From Azolla caroliniana (lineage: Eukaryota; Plantae; Polypodiophyta): a stretch of DNA of 64,000 nucleotides. Under the pieces are notes generated by a model. It did not search any database, was not told the origin of the DNA, and saw only the letters and a program-made list of their open reading frames with translations. The translations under genes and the position numbers were made by a program. This document shows, one piece after another, positions 1 through 10,494 of the stretch. Within the stretch, counting starts at the first letter, position 1; each line of letters begins with the position of its first letter. The stretch is taken from NCBI GenBank assembly GCA_043228905.1, contig JBHGNT010000014.1:17360001-17424000 (forward strand). Direction: 5' to 3'.

Positions 1-3000
1 CCTGGTCCCGTCCGACGATCAACATGTCGTCCACATACAGGAGGAGTATTAGAGAGTCTCCTCCGTCGAACTTCTTCACAAACACGCAGTGGTCGGACTG
101 CGTTTTGTGGTACCCTTCATCGGTCATGAAGGAGTCAAACTTTCGGTACCACTGCCGGGGAGCCTGCTTCAAACCATAAAGGCTCTTCTTCAACCGGCAT
201 ACCAAGTGCTCCTTCTCTTTCTTCTCGAATCCTTCCGGTTGCTGCATGTATATCTCTTCTTCGAGGTCACCGTGAAGGAATGCCGTCTTCACGTCCATCT
301 GTTCTACCTCGAGGTCCATGCTTGCCGCTATGCTCAGCACCGTCCGGATGGAGGTCATCTTCACTACCGGGGCAAATATCTCATCGAAGTCGACGCCCTT
401 CTTCTGCTGAAACCCCTTCACCACGATCCTGGCTTTGTATCTCGGGGGGGTTTCGGCATCTCCCGGTTTCAGCTTGAACTCCCACTTGTTACGGAGTGCC
501 CGTTTTCCTTTCGGCAGCTCCACAAGTTCATATGTGTGGTTCTCATGCAGGGAATCCATCTCCTCCTGCATGGCACTTAACCACCTGCGGCTATGGGTGT
601 CATGCTTCGCTTCTTCAAAGCTCTCCGGCTCCCCCTCGTCGGTTAGCAGCACGTGCTCTGGTTCCGGAAATCTCCGGGGGGGCCTTCTCTCTCTTAGAGG
701 ATATCTCCGTTCCGGAGCTTCGGTAACCGGTTCTTCCGATTCTTCTTCGTCCGAATCCATTTCGGGATCGGGGCCGGTTCCGGTATCGTTTTCATCTTCT
801 TCGGCCGGTTCTGTCTCTTCACCGTCTTCGGCCGGATCCTCGAGTGCTAACCGGTCTCTTGCCGGTCGGGACTGCTCCTTGTAGAGTTGATCCTCACCGG
901 TCGACTTGGAGCTCTTCATCTTCTTCTCCGACTCCCAGTCGGCAAGTGTCTTGTCCTCCATGAAGATGATATCTCGACTCCTGAATATCTTCTTGTCGAC
1001 CGGGTCCCATACTCGGTAGCCGAACTCATCGTTGCCGTAACCGAGGAATATGCATGGCCGGGTCTTTGGATCTAGCTTTCCTCTCCGGTCCTTCGCCACA
1101 TGTACATACACTAGACACCCGAACACCTTCAGATGCCGGTAGGATACTTCCTTACCGGTCCACACTCTCTGCGGCGTGTCTCCGTCCAAAGGTACTGAGG
1201 GTGATCTGTTTATCACGTATGTCGCCGTCGACATTGCCTCAGCCCAAAACCCCTTGGGTAATTTCGCATGCGCCAGCATACTCCGGACCCTCTCCATTAT
1301 GGTCCGGTTCATCCTCTCGGCCAGCCCGTTCAGTTCCGGCGTCTTCGGCACAGTAAACTCGAGCCGGATTCCCATCGAACGGCAATACTCCTCAAATTGC
1401 CCTCGGTATTCTCCTCCGTTATCCGCTCGTATCGCTTTCAGCTTCTTGCCGGATTCTCTTTCCACTCTCGCGTGGAGTTCTTTGAAGACGGACAATACTT
1501 GGTCCTTTGTCTTCAACGGTGCCGTCCACAGCTTCCGGCTGTGGTCATCAATGAATGTCACGAAGTACTGGGCTCCGCCATGTGACTTCGTTTCTACTTG
1601 ACACACATCAGTGTGCACCAACTCCAATGGTGCACTACGTCTCGTCGGTGGCCTTGAGTGGAAGGAGGCTCGGTTCTGGTTACCGGCCAGGCAATCGGTG
1701 CACTTCTCCAGATGCACATGCTTCACTGGAATGAGGTTGTCTTCTGCAAGCCTCTTCATCCCCTTCTCACTCATGTGGCACAGTCTCTTGTGCCACAGCT
1801 CACCGGCAGTGTCGGCTGCCACGTTCAACTCTTCCGGACATAACCGGGCATTCATCAGGTACAGTGTGTTGTCTTTCCGGGCCCGAGCCACTATCAGGCT
1901 CCCCTTGCTGAACTTCATTACGCCGTTCCGGATGCTACCTGTGTAGCCTTCATCGTCTAGCCTCCCGGCCGAAATCAGGTTCAATCGAACCTCCGGAACG
2001 TGTCGGACATCCTTCAGCAGCATTTTGCATCCGGTCGGGGTTGTCAACCACACGTCTCCGATGCCGGCAATCCGGCACGTACCTTCATTTCCCATCCGAA
2101 CACAGCCATGCTCACCGGCTGTGTAGGATGAAAAGTATCTTCTTTCCGGGGTCAGGTGGAACGATGCTCCGGAATCGACCACCCAGGTCGTCTCATCGCC
2201 GGCAACGTTTAGTTCACCTTCTTCGGTGATGAGCATGATTTCTTCCTCACTTGCCGCGAGTGCCGTTGTTCCTTTCCGGTCCTGCCCTCGCCGATCCGAA
2301 CCTCTTCGGTCCGTGGCTCCCCGGTATGCACCGTTTCTCTCCGGTGACTTCTTCGAATCGGTGTCGTCGGCTCCGTTGTCTTTTCGGTAATGCCGACAAT
2401 TCTTCCGGAAGTGCCCCGGCTTCCCACAGTGGAAGCATGTGGGCCTTCCTCTTGACTGCGACCGGGTCCCCGACTTCTCCCGTCTTTGCGGACTCCGGTT
2501 CCATTGTTTTCCCCGATCCGATTCGGTAAGCAGCGCTTTCGGGTCGGAGGCCGGTTCTTTATCTCTCCGACGCGCTTCTTCGTTCAAAATACTTGTCTTT
2601 ACCGTTTGTATAGACAAGTTATCTTCGGTGCAGGAGGTGCTGAGAGTCACCACCAAGTTCTCCTAGCTTTCCGGCAATGTACACATCAAGATGATGGCTT
2701 GCATTGCATCCTCCAACGGGAACTTGATTGCCGGCAAGCTGGTTCACGAATCCCATGAACGTGCTTACGTGTTCCACCATGCTCTCGCCGTCCCGGTACT
2801 TGAGGTTCACTATCTTCCTCATCAGGGAGGTCCGGTTCAACGCATTCTTCCTCTCGTAGAGGCCCGACAGCTTCCGCCACATCTCGTATGCGTTGGTGTC
2901 GTTCGCCACATGTTGTAGAACGCTCACGTCGACGTATTGCCGAATGGTTGCAACGGCTTTCCGGTTCAGAAGCCTCCATTCCGTCTCAAGTACCCCCTTC

Positions 3001-3134
3001 GGTATTTCCGACCTGTCAATCGGTTCGTACAGGTCCCGAACAATCAGAAGATCCTCCATCTTGATCTTCCAGTCGGCGTAGTTCTGCGCATTCAGCACCA
3101 TCATCCCCGGCTGCCCGCTGCTGCCGCCTTCCAT
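1..3134 (-). pseudogene. Disrupted Copia gag-pol of element A
   Basis: Relative to B there is a +1 insertion near 2733 (gccggcaagc vs gccgcaagc) and a Trp-to-TAG change near 2664. The downstream pol aligns to B up to the window edge. Confidence 0.85.
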
Positions 3135-3150
3135 TTTCTGCACTGCCGTC

Positions 3151-3162
3151 GCTCTGATACCA
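3151..3162 (-). promoter_or_regulatory. Primer binding site, tRNA-iMet (Copia A)
   Basis: Reverse complement TGGTATCAGAGC, 3 nt from the LTR. Confidence 0.95.
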
Positions 3163-3165
3163 CTT

Positions 3166-4006
3166 TGTTGAGAATCTACGCTCCGATTCGCCTTCACCGT
3201 TCGGCCACAACCGAGAAATCACGAATCAATGCAGCAGAAAATAGGAAACACAGAGAAAGACACGATAACACAGGGATTAACGTGGAAAACCCTATACGGG
3301 AAAAACCACGGGAGTCCTCAAACTCCAACTATCACTATGAACAGAGATGTACAATGGTGAAGCTTCAAGGCAACAACCTTGAGCTCACTGTCTTCGCCAT
3401 AGGCGGCGGTAATACACAGAGGCAACGACCTCTTCGTCTGTCTCTCTCTCTCTCGGCTGCTCTCTTCACTCTCTCTAAGTGGAAAAACAGAAAAATATGA
3501 GCAGCAACTTTTCAGCAACATCAAACAGTTTGCCCTAAGTCATATTTATACACATATGACTTTCGGGCTATTTACAAATATAGCCTCAAGGGCCCTTGGC
3601 AAACATATTCACAAATATGTCCCCGCATCCGGATCTCTCTCCGGGTACATACATCATCCGGCTCTGTAGCCGGGTTTTCATCATCCGGCTCCGTAGCCGG
3701 GTCTTCGTCATCCGGCTCCGAAGCCGGGTCTTCATCATCCGGCTCCGTAGCCGGGTCTTCATCATCCGGCTCCGTAGCCGGGGTCTACCTCATCCGGCTC
3801 CGTAGCCGGGTCTTCGTCATCCGGCTCCGTAGCCGGGTCTTCGTCATCCGGCTCCGTAGCCGGGTCTTCATCATCCGGCTCCGTAGCCGGGTACTCTTCA
3901 TCTGGCTTCATGCCGGGTACTCTTCATCCTCCGGTTCCGTAACCGCAACCGGGCTTGCCGTCATTCATCTCCGGACATCCCATCCGGAGGGACCGATATC
4001 CCAACA
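3166..4006 (-). repeat. 5' LTR of Copia A with (CT)n and about 9-10 units of a 27/28-bp minisatellite (3654-3900)
   Basis: TGTTG...CAACA termini adjacent to the PBS; homologous to 8434-9063; unit CATCCGGCTCCGTAGCCGGG(G)TCTTCRT. Confidence 0.92.
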
Positions 4007-4280
4007 TCCGGCTCCGTAACCGGGGTCTTCATCATCCGGCTCCGTAGCCGGGTCTTCGTCATCCGGCTCCGTAGCCGGGTCTTCGTCATCCGGCTCCGTA
4101 GCCGGGGTCTTCATCATCCGGCTCCGTAGCCGGGGTCTTCATCATCCGGCTCCGTAACCGGGTCTTCGTCATCCGGCTCCGTAGCCGGGGTCTTCATCAT
4201 CCGGCTCCGTAGCCGGGGTCTTCATCATCCGGCTCCGTAACCGGGTCTTCGTCATCCGGCTCCGTAGCCGGGGTCTTCAT
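4007..4280. repeat. 27/28-bp minisatellite, 10 units, in the 3' LTR of B
   Basis: Counted repeats of CATCCGGCTCCGTARCCGGG(G)TCTTCRT. Confidence 0.95.
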
Positions 4281-4330
4281 CATCCGGACATCCCATCCGG
4301 AGGGACCGAAAATCCCAACAAACTCCCCCT

Positions 4331-7300
4331 TCACTTCGGCATGGGATGTCTCTCCAATCCGATCCTCTTCCGGCATGCTTGCAGCTTGTCGGGTGTAAGT
4401 ACCTTGGTCAGCATATCCGACCCGTTCTCGTCCGTGTGGATCTTCGTCAGCACGAACTCCTTGTCTTCTATCCTTTCCTGGATCCAGTGGTATCTATGCT
4501 GGATGTGCTTCGTCCGGGAGTGATAGGCCGCATTCTTCGCAAGGTGGATGGCACTCTGACTGTCGCAGTAGAGTCGGTACTCCTCCTGCCGGATACCGAG
4601 CTCTCTAATGAAGTCCTTCATCCATATTATTTCCTTGCCGGCTTCAACAGCCGCCATGTACTCCGCCTCCGTGGTTGACAACGCAACCGTCTTCTGCAAC
4701 CTCGACTGCCACGAAACGGCTCCCCCTGCATATGTCATTACATACCCAGATGTAGACCGGCTGGTATCCGCATCAGCCGACATATCCGAATCGGTAAATA
4801 CATCGAGTTCGGGTTTACCGGAGCCGAATCGGAGGCACATGTTCGAAGTGCCCTTTAAGTATCGGAGTATCCATTTGACCGCGTTCCAGTGCTCCTTGCC
4901 GGGATTACTCATATACCGGCTCACCACTCCAACTGCATATCCTATGTCCGGTCTTGTACACACCATTGCGTACATCAAGCTCCCGACGGCAGAGGCATAT
5001 GGTACTTTCAACATGCCCTCCTTCTCAGCCTTTGTCTTGGGGCTTTGCTTGTTGGACAGCTTGCAGTTTGGCGGGAGTGTTGACCCGACCGGTCTTGCTT
5101 CCGACATGTTGAACCGGTGAAGCACCTTTGTCACGTACTTCTCCTGTGACAGCCACAACTGCTTCTTCTTCCGGTCCCGGATGATGTGCATCCCTAGTAT
5201 TTGCCTCGCCGGACCCAGGTCCTTCATTGAGAAGGTTCGGTGAAGAGCCTTCTTCAGCATCCGTATCTTGACCTGGTCTCGTCCGACGATCAACATGTCG
5301 TCCACGTACAGGAGGAGTATTAGAAAGTCTCCTCCTTCGAACTTCTTCACAAACACGCAATGATCGGACTGCGTTTTGTGGTACCCTTCGTCTGTCATGA
5401 AGGAGTCGAACTTCCGGTACCATTGCCGGGGAGCCTGGTTCAGACCGTAAAGGCTCTTCTTCAACCTGCATACCAGGTGCTCCTTCCGTTTCTTCTCGAA
5501 TCCTTCCGGTTGCTGCATGTAGATCTCTTCTTCGAGGTCACCGTGAAGGAATGCCGTCTTCACGTCCATCTGTTCTACCTCGAGGTCCATGCTTGCCGCT
5601 ATGCTCAGCACCGTCCGGATGGAGGTCATCTTCACTACCGGGGCAAATATCTCGTCGAAGTCGACGCCCTTCTTCTGCTGGAACCCCTTCACCACGATCC
5701 TGGCTTTGTATCTCGGGGGGTTTCCGGCATCTCCCGGTTTCAGCTTGAACACCCACTTGTTTCGAAGTGCCCGCTTTCCTTTCGGCAACTCCACAAGTTC
5801 ATATGTGTGGTTCTCATGCAGGGAATCCATCTCCTCCTGCATGGCACTTAACCACCTGCGGCTATGAGTGTCAAGCTTTGCTTCTTCAAAACTCTCCGGC
5901 TCCCCCTCGTCGGTTAGTAGCACGTGCTCTGGTTCCGGAAATCTCCGGGGGGCCCTTCTCTCTCTTAGAGGATATCTCCGTTCCGGAGCTTCGGTAACCG
6001 GCTCCTCTGTTTCCTCTTCATCTGAATCCATTTCGGGATCGGGGCCGGTTCCGGTATCATTTTCATCTTCCTCGGCCGGTTCTGTTTCTTCACCGTCTTC
6101 GGCCGGATCCTCGAGTGCTAACCGGTCCCTTGCCGGTCGGGACTGCTCCTCGTAGAGTTGATTCTCACCGGTCGACTTGGAGCTCTTCATCTTCTTCTCC
6201 GACTCCCAGTCGGCGAGTGTCTTGTCCTCCATGAAGATGATATCTTGACTCCTGAATATCTTCTTGTCGACCAGGTCCCATACTCGGTAGCCGAACTCGT
6301 CGTCGCCGTAACCGAGGAATATGCATGGCCGGGTCTTTGGATCTAGCTTTCCTCTCCGGTCCTTTGCCACATGCACATATGCAAGACACCTGAACACCTT
6401 CAGATGCCGGTAGGACACTTCCTTACCGGTCCACACTTTTTGCGGCGTGTCTCCGTCCAAAGGTACTGAGGGTGATCTGTTTATCACGTATGTCGCCGTC
6501 GACATTGCCTCAGCCCAAAACCCCTTGGGTAATTTCGCATGCGCCAGCATACTCCGGACCCTCTCCATTATGGTCCGGTTCATCCTCTCGGCCAGCCCGT
6601 TCAGTTCCGGCGTCTTCGGCACAGTAAACTCGAGCCGGATTCCCTTCGAGCGACAGTACTCCGCGAACTGCCCCCGGTATTCTCCTCCGTTATCCGCTCG
6701 TATCGCTTTCAGCTCCTTGCCGGATTCCCTTTCCAGTCTCGCGTGGAGTTCTTTGAAGACGGACAATACTTGGTCCTTTGTCTTCAACGGTGCCGTCCAC
6801 AGCTTCCGGCTGTGGTCATCAATGAATGTCACGAAGTACTGGGCTCCGCCGTGTGACTTCGTTTCTACTTGACACACGTCAGTGTGCACCAACTCCAATG
6901 GTGCACTACGTCTCGTCGGTGGCCTTGGGTGGAAGGAGGTTCGGTTCTGTTTACCGGCCAGGCAATCGGTGCACTTCTCCAGGTGCACATGCTTCACTGG
7001 AATAAGGTTGTCTTCTGCAAGCCTCTTCATCCCCTTCTCACTCATGTGACACAGTCTCTTGTGCCACAGCTCACCGGCAGTATCGGCTGCCACGTTCAGC
7101 TCCTCCGGACATAGCCGGGAATTCATCAGGTACAGTGTGTTGACCTTCCGGGCCCGAGCCACTATCAGGTTCCCTTTGCTGAACTTCATGACACCGTTCC
7201 GGATGCTACCCGTGTAGCCTTCATCGTCTAGCCTCCCGGCCGAAATCAGGTTCAATCGAACCTCCGGAACGTGTCGAACATCCTTCAGCAGCATCTTGCA

Positions 7301-8404
7301 TCCGGTTGATGTCATCAGCCACACGTCTCCTATGCCGGCAATCCGGCATGTACCTTCATTTCCCATCCGGACACAGCCGTGCTCACCGGCTGTGTAGGAT
7401 GAGAAGTATTTCTTCTCCGGGGTCAGGTGGAACGACGCTCCGCAATCGACCACCCAGGTCATCTCTTCACCGGCAAGGTTCAGCTCCCTCTCTTCGGTAA
7501 TGAGCATTATCTCTTCTTCACTTGCCGCGAGTGCCGTCGTTCCTTTCCGGTCCTGCCCTCGCCGATCCGGACCTCTCCGGTCCGTGGCTCCCTGGTATGC
7601 ACCGTTGCTCTCCGGTGACTTCTTCGAATCGGTGTCGTCGGCTCCGTTGTCTTTTCGGTAATGCCGACAATTCTTCCGGAAGTGCCCCGGCTTCCCACAG
7701 TGGAAGCATGTGGGCCTTCCTCTTGACTGCGACCGGGTCCCCGACTTTTCCCGTCTTTGCGGACTCCGGTTCCGTTGTCTTCCCCGTTCCGATTCGGTAA
7801 GCAGCGCCTTCGAGTCGGAGGCCGGTTCTTTATCTCTCCGACGCGCTTCTTCGGTCAAAATGCTTGTCTTTACCGTTTGTAGAGACAAGTTATCTTCGGT
7901 GCAGGAGGTGCTGAGAGTCACCACCAAGTTCTCCCAACTTTCCGGCAGTGTACACATCAGAATGATGGCTTGCATTGCATCCTCCAACGGGAACTTGATC
8001 GCCGCAAGCTGGTTCACGAATCCCATGAACGTGCTTACGTGTTCCACCATATTCTCGCCGTCCCGGTACTTGAGGTTCACTATCTTCCTCATCAGGGAGG
8101 TCCGGTTCAACGCATTCTTCCTCTCGTAGAGGCCCGACAGCTTCTTCCACATCTCATATGCGTTGGTGTCATTCGCCACATGTTGCAGAACACTTACATC
8201 TACATATTGCCGGATCGTCGCTACGGCTTTCCGGTTCAGGAACTTCCACTCCGACTCTATTACCCCCTTGGGTATCTCGGCATTGTCGATCGGTTCGTAC
8301 AGGTCTCGGACGATGAGAAGGTCTTCCATCTTTATCTTCCAGTCGGCGTAGTTCTGTGAGTTCAACACCATCATGCCCGGAGGCCCACTACCGCCGCCTT
8401 CCAT
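4331..8404 (-). CDS. gag-pol: Intact Copia gag-pol polyprotein, 1357 aa (gag, CCHC knuckle, protease, GAG-pre-integrase, integrase, RT, RNase H)
   Basis: Motifs CFHCGKPGHFRKNC, WVVDCGASFH, LWHKRLCHMSEKG, VHTDV/ADNGGEY/NGLAERMNRT, YKARIVVKGF, MDVKTAFLHG, LLYVDDML, SDMLTK. ATG at 8404 just after the PBS; the track ORF start at 8458 lies in the LTR. Confidence 0.97.
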   Translation of the reverse strand: MEGGGSGPPGMMVLNSQNYADWKIKMEDLLIVRDLYEPIDNAEIPKGVIESEWKFLNRKAVATIRQYVDVSVLQHVANDTNAYEMWKKLSGLYERKNALNRTSLMRKIVNLKYRDGENMVEHVSTFMGFVNQLAAIKFPLEDAMQAIILMCTLPESWENLVVTLSTSCTEDNLSLQTVKTSILTEEARRRDKEPASDSKALLTESERGRQRNRSPQRREKSGTRSQSRGRPTCFHCGKPGHFRKNCRHYRKDNGADDTDSKKSPESNGAYQGATDRRGPDRRGQDRKGTTALAASEEEIMLITEERELNLAGEEMTWVVDCGASFHLTPEKKYFSSYTAGEHGCVRMGNEGTCRIAGIGDVWLMTSTGCKMLLKDVRHVPEVRLNLISAGRLDDEGYTGSIRNGVMKFSKGNLIVARARKVNTLYLMNSRLCPEELNVAADTAGELWHKRLCHMSEKGMKRLAEDNLIPVKHVHLEKCTDCLAGKQNRTSFHPRPPTRRSAPLELVHTDVCQVETKSHGGAQYFVTFIDDHSRKLWTAPLKTKDQVLSVFKELHARLERESGKELKAIRADNGGEYRGQFAEYCRSKGIRLEFTVPKTPELNGLAERMNRTIMERVRSMLAHAKLPKGFWAEAMSTATYVINRSPSVPLDGDTPQKVWTGKEVSYRHLKVFRCLAYVHVAKDRRGKLDPKTRPCIFLGYGDDEFGYRVWDLVDKKIFRSQDIIFMEDKTLADWESEKKMKSSKSTGENQLYEEQSRPARDRLALEDPAEDGEETEPAEEDENDTGTGPDPEMDSDEEETEEPVTEAPERRYPLRERRAPRRFPEPEHVLLTDEGEPESFEEAKLDTHSRRWLSAMQEEMDSLHENHTYELVELPKGKRALRNKWVFKLKPGDAGNPPRYKARIVVKGFQQKKGVDFDEIFAPVVKMTSIRTVLSIAASMDLEVEQMDVKTAFLHGDLEEEIYMQQPEGFEKKRKEHLVCRLKKSLYGLNQAPRQWYRKFDSFMTDEGYHKTQSDHCVFVKKFEGGDFLILLLYVDDMLIVGRDQVKIRMLKKALHRTFSMKDLGPARQILGMHIIRDRKKKQLWLSQEKYVTKVLHRFNMSEARPVGSTLPPNCKLSNKQSPKTKAEKEGMLKVPYASAVGSLMYAMVCTRPDIGYAVGVVSRYMSNPGKEHWNAVKWILRYLKGTSNMCLRFGSGKPELDVFTDSDMSADADTSRSTSGYVMTYAGGAVSWQSRLQKTVALSTTEAEYMAAVEAGKEIIWMKDFIRELGIRQEEYRLYCDSQSAIHLAKNAAYHSRTKHIQHRYHWIQERIEDKEFVLTKIHTDENGSDMLTKVLTPDKLQACRKRIGLERHPMPK

Positions 8405-8433
8405 TTTCTGTGTTAACCTGCTCTGATACCACT

Positions 8434-8694
8434 TGTTGAACACAGTGCTCGGCCACAACCGAGGAATAGGATCAACTCACAGAAAATAGGAAATACAAAA
8501 TGCTCGAAGACAATAGAGAGAAGAGTACACAGGATGTTTTACGTGGAAAACCCTAAATGGGAAAAAACCACGGGAGTCCTCAAACTCCAACTATCACTAT
8601 AAACAGAGATGTACAATGGTGAAGCTACAAGGCAACAACCTTGAGCTCACTGTCTTCGCCACAGGCGGCGGTAATACACAGAGGCGTCGACCTC

Positions 8695-8726
<32 letters not shown>

Positions 8727-9063
8727 GGCTGCTCTCTTCACTTAGCTCCCTCTAAGTGGAAAACAGAAAATGAGCAACAACAACCTCATAAAACTGTTTG
8801 CCCTAAGTCATATTTATACACATATGACTTTCGGGCTATTTACAAATATAGTCTCCGCATCCGGCTCCGTAACCGGGGTCTTCATCATCCGGCTCCGTAG
8901 CCGGGTCTTCGTCATCCGGCTCCGTAGCCGGGGTCTTCGTCATCCGGCTCCGTAGCCGGGGTCTTCATCATCCGGCTCCGTAACCGGGTCTTCGTCATCC
9001 GGCTCCGTAGCCGGGGTCTTTATCATCCGGACATCCCATCCGGAGGGACCGAAAATCCCAACA
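8434..9063 (-). repeat. 5' LTR of Copia B, with 6 minisatellite units at 8858-9023
   Basis: TGTTG...CAACA termini; right end matches 4281-4320. Confidence 0.95.
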
Positions 9064-9144
9064 CTAAGTGTATGTGCAATGTTGCACATCCTTGGTTTAT
9101 TCGTCTCACTCGGTTTCACACCGTAGCCGAAAATCGTCACGACA
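9064..9144 (-). repeat. Terminal fragment of a Gypsy LTR (host of Copia B)
   Basis: Ends TTTCACACCGTAGCCGAAAATCGTCACGACA, like the E-family LTR end TTTCACACTATTGCCGAAAATCTTCACGACA; followed by ACGC. Confidence 0.75.
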
Positions 9145-9480
9145 ACGCTTTACAATGGTGGCCGCCATGGCCGCACCAAACGACTATATGAAAAACCCTA
9201 AAGGAAAAACCAAGAAGAAAACCCTAACCGAAACCCTAAAACCGAATAGGAAACCCTCGACCTAAGTGGTATGCCTCTCTCCCTCAAAATAGGCAACCCC
9301 TTCATAAGTGACCCCTCCCTTCCTTTTATAGCCCAAGGAGGGAGGGACCTTACAATGTGGGATAAAATTTCCCCTCTTATTTCTATACACCATTTCCTAG
9401 TATACATGTGCACATGGTGCACACCACCGATTTGCCTATTCCACCCCGGTTTCCGCCTATGGACGAAAATCTTCACGACA
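9145..9480 (-). repeat. Partial Gypsy 3' LTR
   Basis: Ends AAAATCTTCACGACA and is followed by TCCGGCCCCACCAAACCGCA, homologous to the PPT region beside the 3' LTR of E (39274 onward). Contains AAACCCTA repeats. Confidence 0.8.
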
Positions 9481-10494
9481 TCCGGCCCCACCAAACCGCA
9501 CATTCACTGGTATGTGCCAAGAAAGGAGAAGATGTGAGATTTTTCGGCCATGGTGATAAAACTGAGGTCCCCCATGTCCTCGTTGGCCTTGCTCGGCTTC
9601 GTTTTCCATTTCGAGCATGCCCATCCGAACCGTCGTAGCTTCCCGTTCCACAATATCCGTCGCACGTCCTCGAGCCAACAACTCCAACCGATCCACCACG
9701 TCCACCATGTGTCCCCGAAACATCGACTCCATCCGAATTGCCATATCCACCACACGCGCCTTCCTCCCCAGTCGGTCCTCCCGAACGCCATTGCCGATCC
9801 GGTCACTCTTATTTTGTCAGCCATGTAGGTCCTCCGATTAGGCCCTCGGTCACCCCATTTGCTCGCCGGATTCCGCCCCTCCCGTACTACTTGTGTTCTA
9901 TCTCCGGCTCGATCCTCTCTTCGTCTCGAACACCTCGTGCCGACTCCCTCCATTCCGCGCTCACCTTCCGTAGACTCTTTCCGTGTGCCCTTGTTGTCTC
10001 CCGAACATGCACTCGTTCTTCGGTCCCTCGGCGACCTCATTACGTGCTCCTTGCTTCTCCTTTGCTCGTCGTTCTCTCTCGCCGTAGAGCATACCGTCAT
10101 CCCGACCACCATGTCAGTGTCCTTCGCGACTCTTGTTACCGCTTCATCCCGACTCTCGTCCTCTTGGCCTGCTTGGCCTCGCATGCCTTCTGGGATGTCG
10201 CGCTTCCTCTTCCCGGCGTGTAGCCCGTTACTCTCCATGCACCTCCCCTGGTTCTCAAGACATAGCCTTCCATGCTCACCGATCATCCGCCGATACCGGC
10301 ACCTCACCGCTCCGTCTCTCGCCATGTGCATTCATCGCAAAGGCTCGTATGTCCTCCGGGTGCGCTCTCGATCTCTCCGATCGCACTCCGGATTCCGCCC
10401 TTTTCGTGCCACGTATGTTCCTCCTTTGGTTTTACCATCTCCGCATGCCGAATACCTCGGTGTGTCGACTCTTCCCGCTACGCGCTTGCCTTCC

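Larger units (their letters stand above)
1..4006 (-). mobile_element. Ty1/Copia LTR retrotransposon A (Tork/Tnt1-like), 3' part outside window
   Basis: Minus-strand gag (MEGGSSGQPGMMVLNAQNYADWKIKMEDLL), then protease, integrase and RT collinear with element B. PBS TGGTATCAGAGC at 3151-3162; 5' LTR TG..CA at 3166-4006. Confidence 0.95.
4007..9063 (-). mobile_element. Ty1/Copia LTR retrotransposon B; its 3' LTR is interrupted by A
   Basis: 3' LTR remnant 4007-4320, PPT AGGGGGAGTT 4321-4330, single ORF, PBS 8420-8431, 5' LTR 8434-9063. Confidence 0.97.

Noticed and set aside
3654-4280. CRISPR-like regular repeats
   Set aside because: The units are contiguous with no unique spacers, and they lie inside eukaryotic LTRs.
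89-8359. Numerous plus-strand ORFs opposite the Copia pol genes
   Set aside because: Antisense shadows caused by codon bias; they repeat only because A and B are homologous.
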